Positions 36,946 to 46,861 of a stretch of DNA of 46,861 nucleotides are shown here, piece after piece. The notes beneath the pieces were generated by a model that searched no databases, was not told the DNA's origin, and saw nothing but the letters and a program-made list of their open reading frames with translations. The first letter of the stretch is position 1. Each line of letters begins with the position of its first letter. Origin of the DNA: Octopus bimaculoides (Eukaryota); assembly GCF_001194135.2 (NCBI RefSeq), contig NC_068981.1, forward strand, positions 189,248,758-189,295,618, in the 5' to 3' direction. The translations under genes and the position numbers were made by a program.

Positions 36946-38767
36946 CTAAACATTTAGAATATATATAAATGGGTACTCCCATATATGCTTATACATATCT
37001 ATATACACATCTGTATATATGCACACACACACACACACACACACATATAAGCTGGCAAACAGGGTGATTTATTAGGTAACAGATAGGTTGTCTTTCAATA
37101 TTTGTTCTGGTTGTCTATACTGAGTTCAAATACCACCTAGGCCAACTTTGCCTTTCATTATTTTGGGGGTTGATCAAGTACCAGCTATCTTGATTTTTCT
37201 CCTTTCTTTCTTCCCATTTTTCTGTCTGTCTCTTTTTCTGGAAGAAATTCGTTGTAATCAAACTTGGAGAGGGATGGGCTCTGCCAGGTCCAAGAATGCC
37301 CAAGATATGCTATATGCTGCAATTGCTACTCTATGACTTCAAGAATTGAGGCTCAAAGTAAGATATATGTCTCTGCACACACACACACACACACACCCAC
37401 AAATGCATACACACATACATGCATACATCAACATAGTAGCATGATGCTTAGATGTTCTGCAGATATACAGCTTGTACATGCATAATGACATAAGTCACTA
37501 TGCATGTGACTGACAAGAACCATCATCATAATGAAGAACTTATGCATGACAATGTTTATTGATTGTATTAATGGACATCTCAGGGAAGAATACTGAGAGA
37601 TGTAGGGGGATATCTGGGAATTATTAACAAAACTATGTTGAAAGTGACAGTTAAATGACATTGTCTTTGATTCATTCAAACTAAAATATAGTGTAGATAT
37701 CAAAGAACCTTAGATGAAAGAATTGAATAGGAGTTACGAAATTTTTTTTGGATTTTGGTTTATCATTTTTTTTTTGCACATGAAAATTTGAGTGCTCTAG
37801 AGAGGTTTAAAAAGTGGCAGCATTAACTGATACATCAAACAGATAAGAATTATATTGATTTTTAAAAATATTAAAAGAAAATATCAAAGTTTGAACAAAA
37901 AATAACTAAATGAGGTAACAAAAAAAAAATTGAGATAGATAAAGATAATTAAGACTTTATGATAGCATACACAGGAAATAGAAATCTAAGCTGCTGATGA
38001 TAATCTTTACTAAAAATTATTATCCAGGGATATATTTTTTAATTTCCCATTTTTTAATTAATATTTCCTTTCTTCAAATTTTCATTGTAATTTCATTGTT
38101 TATTATTCCCTTTCTATTATTTCTCACATCACGACTGTCTGTTGAAGAATTTTTCATATTATTCTATTGTTGTCTCAGCTACAATAATACTTTTCCCAAT
38201 GGAGTCTTATTTTCAAAGACATTTTTAGTAATTTTTGCTTTCTTTTACTATATACAATGTATGCTATATTTACTATTTTATATCTTGTTTTTTCAGTCTT
38301 ACTTTAGTTTCAAATTTTATTAAATCTTTATGGCATCTTGTATAGTTAAGTATAGTTTTTTTTAATATTCATATTGTTTTATCTTGTCTCAAGAATAAGC
38401 TTAGTCGAATTATTTCTTATCTTAGAATTTTTATTTGTTTACTGGTTTTCTCACAGTACTTATTCCACGCTGATACTTATTTTATCGATCTATCACATGG
38501 TTAAGTTACCTTTTGATAAAAAGGGAAGCAACTCAACTACAGTTTACACAAACATACACAAATAGTGAGACAGACAGACATGGATAAACAGAAAGTGGCA
38601 GACAGACTGACTCAGAGAGACATATGTACAAAGATATGAGAAATACAGATAGACAGACACAGACACAAAGAAGCACACAGAGGCAAACAGAGAGCTATCC
38701 TTCACTATAAAGCAAAGGTGTCTTTGATAGAAGAATGCAATAGTTTTATTTTGAATGGTTAAAATTT

Positions 38768-38880
38768 TCCAAGTGTTTCATTTGGAGATTAGCACAGCTG
38801 TATCCAGGTTATTCAAAGTATGAATTGTACTCTGAAAGACCTGGATACAGCTGCAGCAATTGACAAATGAAACACTTGGA
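38768..38880. repeat. Long inverted repeat / hairpin (53-nt arms, 7-nt loop)
   Basis: Perfect 17-bp outer stem TCCAAGTGTTTCATTTG/CAAATGAAACACTTGGA, perfect 15-bp stem CAGCTGTATCCAGGT/ACCTGGATACAGCTG, inner TTCAAAGTA/TACTCTGAA and loop TGAATTG. Confidence 0.92.
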
Positions 38881-39129
38881 GTTTATTAGTAATCATTGGG
38901 GGGTGTAAGAGACCAACATACAAGAAGCCAACAGAATACATTTCAAATTGTCTAAGTATAAGTCACTGAAAGTGCTCAATAAACACTTGATAAGAGCTAT
39001 AACATAAGTCTAACATGACAAAATAGAATGGAAAGAACAATAGTAGTGACACAATCTCTTCTGCGACATACATTTGTTTCTGTTACTATTCATAAAGGTT
39101 GTACTGAAGAGGAGATACTCTCAGTGACC

Positions 39130-40030
39130 AGTGTACATACAGCAGTCAGTCACGTGGATTTGGCCTGCCTTGCTTTCATCTGCCTCCAACTGTACCTGGC
39201 AAGATTGTCTTTGCTAAGCTGGAGCTTCTTGCAGCGTGGCCATAATATTAGTTCCCTTGTATTTACAATTGTATCAGATTCTTGTGTGGTTATTCTGATA
39301 CAATTGTATCAGATCCTTGTGTGGCCTGGGTTCTTCTCATCCTTCGTTATACATCATATATTCTTTGTACAAGATACCTAGGAGCCATCTGTAGCATTGT
39401 GCTTACTTTTTTTTTCCAGTTCTGCTGTTAATGTTCAACCCTTGTAGGCATATAGAAAGACAGAAATCACAAGTCTGACTTTCGTGCAGAGTCCTAATAT
39501 TTCTATCTTTCCAGATTAGCCTGAGTTTTGTGACCACTGCTGTAGCTTGTGTATTTCATGAGAGGATTGCTAGTTTTTCGTCAGTGACGACTGCTCCTAG
39601 GTATTTGAACTTTTTCACAGTTTCTAGTGTTTGTCCATTCATTGTGATATGATTTGTGGTGTATTCTATCATTGTTGACCATGATTTTGGTTTTCTCTGA
39701 CTTAATTTTATGCCATATGCCTTTCAGGTACTGTTAAGCTGTTTCCTCAAGTTTTCCAGCTCTGTTTTTGTTCCTGCCAGGCCAAATCAGAGGTTGGTGA
39801 TAGTTCTTCTTCCAATACTGATCATGCCTTTATGGTCTTTGAGTACATTTAACATGGTGCTTTCCAGAAAGATGTTAAAGAGAGTAGATGAGAGCAGAGA
39901 TCCTTGATGCACACCTACTGTTGTTTGAAACTAGTTGCCAATCATTTTATTGCAGTAGGCAGTACTAATTGCTTTCCCATATAGTTGTGACTTCAATCAC
40001 ATTTGGCCAGATGTTGTACAACAGTGACAA
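39130..40030 (-). mobile_element. RTE/BovB-like LINE reverse transcriptase fragment, degenerate
   Basis: FQTTVGVHQGSLLSSTLFNIFLE...TITNL*F...EKTKIMVN...LETVKKFKYLGAVV...CYRWLLGI. The YADD region is deleted. Confidence 0.88.
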
Positions 40031-40146
40031 AGTTATTGGAAACCTGCAACTGATAACATGATTGTCACAAAATACAACATGAAATATATAAATTATTTCA
40101 TTTTATATTGCATATGACTTGTGCTTTCATCTATATAGCAATACAG

Positions 40147-40420
40147 TGGTGAAGGCACATGGCCTAGCAGTTAGTATTGCACTAAAGACCACTATATCAT
40201 GTGTTTAATTTCTGCACCGGGTAGCATGCTGTGTTCTTGAGCAAGACACTTCATTTCATGTTGTTCTGCAATCATTTCGACATTCGACACACTTCTTCAC
40301 CTGCACAGGTAATGTCAATTTGATGGAAAGAGTGAGCTCATGTACAGTACCTACATTTGGTTATCATAAGCAAATTATTTGTGCAGGTCATTCTGCAGGG
40401 GCTGAATGTTCATATGTCAT
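40147..40420 (+). mobile_element. Degenerate tRNA-derived SINE with a CORE-like block
   Basis: GGTGAAGGCACATGGCCTAGCAGTTAG head and GTGTTCTTGAGCAAGACACTT block. Confidence 0.55.
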
Positions 40421-41566
40421 CTTCTACAAAAGATTCCATCATACAGTAATCACATGCATAGATGTGCAGTTAAAGAACTCAATTTACAACTGCATAGATC
40501 CAAGTTCAATCTTACTTTGTGGTATGTTGGACAAGTCTTCTAATGTAGCTTATGGTTGACCAATGTCTTGCAAGTAGAATTTGGTAGATGGAAACTCCAA
40601 ATGTCTGTATAATATTTGCTATGTGGAAAAAAGCTTCAAAATAATGAAATGAAAAATCTTTAAATGATTCATCACTGAGTGCTTTAAGAATGTGTTTAAT
40701 GGTTTAATTCAAATATGATCATTTTTGCTGTCATACAATATATTATAGTAGTTGTAATAAAAATGTTTTAAGTTTTTCTGTAAAACTGTATTTGAGTCTT
40801 ATCAAATCTTTAACCTTTATACTCTTTCAGGCCTAAAACATAGCAATTTAAAAGCTATTTAGGAATAAAACTGCCTCTATCACACACACAACTATGATGT
40901 CAGGATCAATTTTACAATAGTAATTTACAAACCTCACAAATTTAGTGGTGCAATTCTAAAGATCACATCAAATTACATGTATTTATTTTATTACCACAAG
41001 TGAGAATAAATCCCTGTAGGATTTGAAATTAGAACATTGAGGGGCAAAATTAAATGCCAAAACTTTTGGAGCAGCCATAGCAGTATCATTTATTCAGTGC
41101 TGACTTATTTGATATCAGATATTTTAATGCTTTTTTGTTTTGTCCCCTTCCGGTCTGTTTATATGTGCAAGCATCTAGTTGTTTGTATGTATGTGTAGTA
41201 TCTCTTACTATCAGTGCGTGTGTCCATCTGTCTGTGGTTTACTCCCAGTGCCAAAAATGTACTCTCGCCAAAATAGGTTAAATATCCAGTCAGTCACACC
41301 AAGTCTTCAATATCCAAACAGCTGCATCCATCCAATCACTTCATTCTATTTCTACCAAACTCCTTGGATTTGTGTTACTAACATTACAAATAAAGTACGA
41401 AAAAAAATTTCATGAGTCAAGTAAGATTAAATCAAATTTATATTAAACAAGCAAAAATGTAAAACAATACAGTTTACAGAATAACACAAAGGCATGTTTG
41501 TAGTTCTTTCTGTAGCACAAGTAGTTTAAACCAAATACATTTATGTTATTCAGTAATTGCAATAAC

Positions 41567-41740
41567 TAACTTTTTAACATTCAGATTACTCTGTCAACGT
41601 AATGCTTATTTATTTACATTGTTTTGAATTCATTGTGTGTAATCTCATAGCATCAAGATTTCAATGTGATTATTTTTAGAATGACATTGTACAGTAGGAG
41701 TGAGAGGCTGGATCTGGCTGGCTTGAATGGGAAACAATAG
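41567..41740. mobile_element. piggyBac-type MITE fragment
   Basis: Degenerate (TTAA)CCCTTTAGCATTCAG-like end. The interior is related in reverse orientation to the 33199 element. Confidence 0.5.
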
Positions 41741-41984
41741 AAAACTAAAATATATCTAAATCAAATAATAATTAAAGTACATAGCAACAGTACAGTGTTG
41801 TTGTCATGAACACTGAACAAGTAACTTGCAAAGAGAAATATCCAAGTATGTGGCAGTTATACATCCTTAAACAAGAGAGCCAAAAAATTATATATTTTTA
41901 GCCATCAAATGGATAAACATTTTCATGTTTGTAATACATTTTCAGAAATCATTCACTCAAAATTGCATAGCCCATTCAAAAGTA

Positions 41985-42262
41985 CCTTGGATCATAGGGC
42001 GACCTGCTGTGCTTGAGGAGACCTATTGAGTCAAGTACATCAACATGAAAATGAAAATCAAATGGAAATTGTAGTCGTGATACCCATGCCAGTGGCACGT
42101 AAAAAGCACCCACTACACTCACAGCATTAAGAAGGGCATCCAGCTGTAGAAACACTGCCATATCAGACTGGAGCCTGGTGCAGCCTCCTGGCTTCCCAAA
42201 CCCCGGTCGAACCGTCCAACCCATGCCAGCATGAAAAACGGACATTAAACAATGATGACGAT
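41985..42262 (+). mobile_element. RTE-tail retroposon copy
   Basis: AAGAAGGGCATCCAGCTGTAGAAAC...CCATGCCAGCATGAAAAACGGACATTAAACAATGATGACGATG. Confidence 0.82.
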
Positions 42263-42584
42263 GTACATTTTTTAAAAACTAAACATTGAAGAGTAAAACG
42301 GAGGTAAATCACACAAAGAGCCAGTACAAGAACATAAATCTGGTCACTTGTAGTAATAACTAAATTCTATAAAAGCAGCCAAACCCCTTAAATTGCACCT
42401 ACCATATAAAAAGAAAAAAAGACACACTGGATATACAAAAAGGCAGAATGGTCACAGCTGAAACTTCTTTGATCAGAGGCTGGTCTGGGGCTAAATAAAA
42501 GGAACATGCACCTTAGAGAATTTGCACCCTTTTCTCGTTATGACTTTTATAGATCACACTTCCTTTGTGTTTTATCCTGTGTAC

Positions 42585-42965
42585 ATACTTTTGATCAGGT
42601 GTTAGAAGACATGGCACAAACTGAGCAGAAACCTCAATCATGCCAAATTCATTGTGCAGAATTTTCTCAACTCTCTTATGGGATATGCTAATAGCATTTG
42701 CTATTTGATTTATAATCAATCGCCTGTCAGCCATCACCATGTGGTGAACACAATGTTTTCCTCAGAGCTTGGATCATTTTCAAGACTCTCCCTTCCCCTC
42801 ATAATGTAGCAACAATATCAGCATGAATGTCCTTGAGGGCTAAACACCCTTTTTCTGCAGGTATTTGATAACACCACAATGCCAAATTTTGTCCATTTTC
42901 AAGAGAATTCACTACTAGTTATTTTTGAAGTCTTCTTCAAACAATCAGATGTCAGTTTACTTGGA
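42585..42965 (-). mobile_element. Mariner-family transposase N-terminal (HTH) fragment with internal deletions
   Basis: ATG at 42896: MDKIWHCGVIKYLQKKG...KDIHADIVATL...ESLENDP..EENI...MVMADRRLIINQIANAISISHKRVEKILHNEFGMIEVSAQFVPCLLTPDQK. FVPCLL is the degenerate WVPRLL motif. Confidence 0.88.
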
Positions 42966-45769
42966 AAGGAACAATGCAGTTATTAATAAGAACAGCTAAA
43001 ATCAATTCATACAAGATTTCACAGCTCTAGCATCACTCCTTCAGCCTATGGACTTTCAGCCCATCCTCAAACTATGTATGCAATTTAAGCTATCACTGCT
43101 ACCTATCTTGACATATTTCTCCTTTCTATCCTCTCTTATACCCTTTTCTGACAAGTTGTAATGCACCTGAGGCTGTTGACAATATATATAGCAGAGTTTC
43201 CTTAAATATAATTTCATTTAAACCAGAGTTTCATATATCATTCTTTACTTTGATATTTTTCTCCAATTTATACTTAAAATACAACAGTTTACTTCTTTCA
43301 CCATTTGAATCATTTTAATTTTCTATTGCTGTAGTTGTTTTAATATAGACTCGCATCTAATAAATCAATTTTGAAAGAAATCAGTGATTTTCCCCACTAA
43401 GTTAAACCCAACTACTACACATTTTTATTTATTTTTGGTACTATTTTCATAACTCTAGCAAAGCCAAAGAATATTTCCCTAATCCTTTTTCCAACCATTT
43501 TCTAATTCCTTAGACAGAGATGTTTGACTATCCAGTAGCACTTATTTCAAATTTAATTTAATGTTTCTAGTTCACTTATACGTTTAATTACTTTCTGACT
43601 ACTGTTTCCTTTGCTATCTTTTTGAAATATTAGATTTTAAACACATTACAACTGTCTTACATTAATGTTTAACAGAATCCCTATTCCCATATCATGTTCC
43701 AGCCATGATCTTTTATTAATGTTCCATCAATCTTGTTCTGTTGCTTAATGCTTTTCATTTTGAGATTTTCTTTAAATTGTTTACTTGTAACTTTCAAAAA
43801 TCAGAATGAATAAAAACAGAAGTCAAATTTGACATATTAACATTTGATGCAATACTTCAAGCCTTCAGGCTCCCAAGTTTGAAACTAGTCATTCCTTTAG
43901 AATATTTTCAGCTTTTCCATAGACTATTTATACATTACCATATAGAGGGGGAAAACTTCATAGCCATGAGATAACAAGGCAGTATATAAAAATAAATTTC
44001 AAATTTCACATAATACTAGTGAGAACATTTAAATGAAGAAATTTCTTTAAGGTGTGACAATGCTGTAAACAAAATATCAATTGACCACAAGACAGTTAGT
44101 AATTTATTGCTAAAACCATTCATTCACAATTGAGTCTTAGCCTATGATTACATGAACAAATTCATACAATAAAATATAACCAAGTGGAATTGGGCAGTTA
44201 ATGATTACATATAATCAGTTATGTTTTGGAAACTAAAAGAAAGTGATGCATAAGATTTGGGATATTGCAAATTTGTCCGTTTAATAACAATAAAAGGTTC
44301 GAGCTTTGTTACTCTGTCTAAAATGTCAGAAGTTGCTCACATAAATAAAAGAATTTGTCAGGCAATAAGTGGCCATTTATGCCATAAGCAAGAGAGTGAC
44401 AAATTTGATGAATAAAGTGAGCAAATTTCAATAAGTTTGTGTATTGTGAAAACATGATGCAAATATTTTTGATTTGAAAATATGTTATGAAGAGAGATAG
44501 TTTTACAAACAAATGAGAAGAAATAATCTAGAATTGAATGAGATTTTGCAAGTTTAAGAAAGAGAGAGATTTGCAAGTTAAGAGAGGGAAAGATATGAGG
44601 TAGAGAGTAACAAATCATTGAAAGGAAGGGAGAAAGAATCATAAGTAGACAAGAGAAACAAACAGATGACAGATTCACACATCTACAAGAAAGAGTCAAG
44701 AGTTACACTGAGAACAATCAAGGATTGACTGACTGAAAAAGAAAAGCATCTTATAAATTTAATGAAGTCTTTAGTATCATTCAAAAAGGATAAAAATAAC
44801 TTAAGTTGAATTAGATGCTTCATAATCAATGTCTTTATGGCTTAAAAACACTTTTTATACAAAATTAAATGAGTGACAAGATGATCTTAAAGTTAGATAG
44901 AGAGCAAAATTCTTTTGAGTTTTCAGATGTTAGTCTGTATGAAGCATAAGTGGTTCATTATTTCATGTTGTATTTCAATTTATCATCAGTATGTAATATA
45001 TAAATTTTCTTCTGCATTTTCACTAAATATTCACAATACAAAGTTTTAAAATTGATAATGAAACAAAAATTTGCTGTTCAATTCACGTATACATGCCCTG
45101 TAGGTAGGCATAGTGTTCAATACCTTCATAGAAATGATTTCCAATTCATTATAAAATTGATGATTGAAGTTCTGAATATCAATGTATAAATATCATTGTA
45201 ACTTTCAAATATTGTATAATAAAAATGGATCTCAGAATTTTGACCCTATGTCTCCTGCTGTTCAATCAGTGTAAGTGGCTGAGTATCTCACAGACACACT
45301 CTTCATATACTTCAGTGTGACAAAGGTGAATCTTTAAATTACAATTCATCTGCAAGGCTTCTACACACTTTCTATTCACCCAGTTTTACTCACAAGAAAG
45401 GAACCAATTCAATGTTATAGAAAATAATACCCAAAATGCTATGCAGCAGAATCAAAACTGATGCCTCATGATTATGAAGCAAACTTCTAAACCATTTGGC
45501 CACACTGTGCACAAATACATGATGCATAGATATATACATACACGTGTATTGTATCTGGTAGTCTGCTGGCATCACTTGGGGTTTGGTTTAATGTGATTTT
45601 CTACACAAGTCTATAGAAAAACCTTCTTAAAATTCTAAAGCATGCCTTTCACATTCTAGTGTACAAGAAATTGTTAAAAACAGATGTGTGCTAATCCTAT
45701 TTGTGTGTGTAAGTAAATATTTTTTGCCGTCAAAAACATCTTTCATACAGTTTAATGGAGTTTTTAAAG

Positions 45770-45985
45770 TGGCAACCTGGCAGAATCATTAAGCACACTG
45801 GGCACAATGCCTACTGGCATTTCACTTGTCTTTACGTTTTGGGATCAAATGCTGCCAGGGTCAACTTTGCCTTTCATCTTCTTCAGGTCGATAAATTAAA
45901 TACCAGTTGATCACCGGGGTCGATGTAATTGACTTAATCCTCCACCAAAATTGCAGGGCTTATGCCAAAATTTGGAACCAATATG
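45770..45985 (+). mobile_element. SINE family B copy
   Basis: GTGGCAACCTGGCAGAATC head...GGTCAACTTTGCCTTTCATC...GTCGATAAATTAAATACCAG. Confidence 0.8.
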
Positions 45986-46081
45986 TAAGGGGGTTTCTTA
46001 ATTGACTTTACTTATGCTAATTGTCTACCTTGAGCCTTCATACATGACACATGCTTGGTTCAGTTTGATGACAAATGTTAT

Positions 46082-46405
46082 AGGTGCAGGCATGGCTGGG
46101 TGGTTAAGATGTTCACTTCATAACCACATGGTTTCAGGTTCATTTACACATTGGGCAAGTGCTTATTATAGTTTTGTGCCAAACAATGACTTGTGAGTGA
46201 ATTTGATAGAAACTATGTGGAATCCCATTGTGTGTGTGTGGGCATGTGTGTTTGTCACTTACCACATCATTCAACAACCAGTGCTGGTTTGTTTACATCC
46301 TTGTAACTTGGTTTGGCAATACACACTGGAATGATTTGTTCAACTAAACCTTTCAAGGTTGTGCTCCAATATAGCTACAGACCAATGAACTGACACAAGT
46401 AAGAT
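46082..46405 (+). mobile_element. SINE family A copy (degenerate)
   Basis: GGCATGGCTGGGTGGTTAAG...TTGGGCAAGTGCTTATTATAG...(TG)n...GTGCTCCAATATAGCTACAG. Confidence 0.75.
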
Positions 46406-46614
46406 ATATAAAACATTACGCAATTTGTGAAGCATGTTTTATTTCAGTTTTATCTAAATGTATAACTATTTATAGAAGTTACTCTCATAATGGATAGTTC
46501 TAATTCCCTATCATAAAATTATGGTAACTTATTTTCAAAGTTTTCTTTTATTTTCAATGACAAAAATCAAAAATCTATATCAGCATGTGTGAATCGTGTA
46601 GGAGGGGTGATCAA

Positions 46615-46861
46615 TAAGTGGATTTAGTAGACGGAAACTGAAAAAAGCCTGTCGTGTGTGTGTGCATGTGTGTGTGTGTGGCTGGGTTTGTCCCCCACCA
46701 TCGCTTGACAACCGGCGTTGGTGTGTTTAAGTCCCCCATAACTTAGCGGTTCAGCAAAAGAGACCAATAGAATAAATATTAGGTTTACAAAGAATGAGTC
46801 CTGGGGTCAATTCATTTGACTAAAGGTGGTGCTTCAGCATGGCCACAGTCAAATGACTGAA
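46615..46861 (+). mobile_element. SINE family A, 3' two-thirds (runs off the window end)
   Basis: GTGGATTTAGTAGACGGAAACTG...CATCGCTTGACAACCGGCG...CAGCATGGCCACAGTCAAATGACTGA, near-identical to the 3' part of 18887-19298. Confidence 0.88.

Larger units (their letters stand above)
35871..37196. repeat. Short diverged direct duplication: copy A 35871-36020, copy B 36944-37196 (each includes a SINE family B piece)
   Basis: Both contain ATATATATAAATG.GT.CTCCCATATATGCTTATACATATCTATATACACATCTGTA and CAAATACCACCT.GGCCAACTTTGCCTTTCAT.ATTTTGGGGGTTGATCAAGTACCAGC.ATCTTGATTT. Copy A lacks about 100 bp present in B. Confidence 0.9.

Noticed and set aside
1-40030. All six coding LINE/Penelope fragments lie on the minus strand
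   Set aside because: Short RTE tails and SINEs are of mixed orientation, so the overall bias is unconvincing with so few elements.
46601-46620. GAGGGGTGATCAATAAG, recalling a mariner TIR, fused to a SINE body
   Set aside because: Only about 17 bp, no partner TIR found, and recognition is from memory.
1-46861. CRISPR arrays, rRNA, true tRNA genes, Fanzor/TnpB-like or viral ORFs
   Set aside because: No regularly spaced repeat-spacer array, no recognisable structural RNA gene, and no long intact ORF or RuvC-like motifs were seen.

Overview
AT-rich eukaryotic genomic DNA with N gaps and many microsatellites. The SINE, LINE and MITE families look like those of an octopus (coleoid cephalopod); this is recognised from memory and was not database-checked. 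Most of the window is transposon debris: a Penelope GIY-YIG fragment, five RTE-type LINE fragments, two Helitron RepHel fragments, a non-autonomous Helitron/HINE-like element, a mariner fragment, piggyBac-type MITEs and several tRNA-derived SINE families. Almost all ORFs in the supplied track are antisense to repeats or spurious. The only well-supported host-gene signal is a chain of five phase-compatible GT-AG exons on the minus strand (35872-35832, 31695-31618, 30884-30798, 30212-29986, 28064-28030) encoding an unidentified C-terminal protein part. Starting at the same last acceptor, in another frame, is a 239-codon frame with 7 internal stops and no apparent frameshift. By eye it resembles SAM + TIR domains of SARM1-type NADases, which raises the unverified hypothesis of a divergent SARM-like gene whose catalytic half is now fossilised in the 3' UTR. 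Other points of interest are a 113-nt near-perfect hairpin and a short duplication whose boundary coincides with a splice acceptor. Repeat boundaries are approximate unless TSDs or TIRs are stated.
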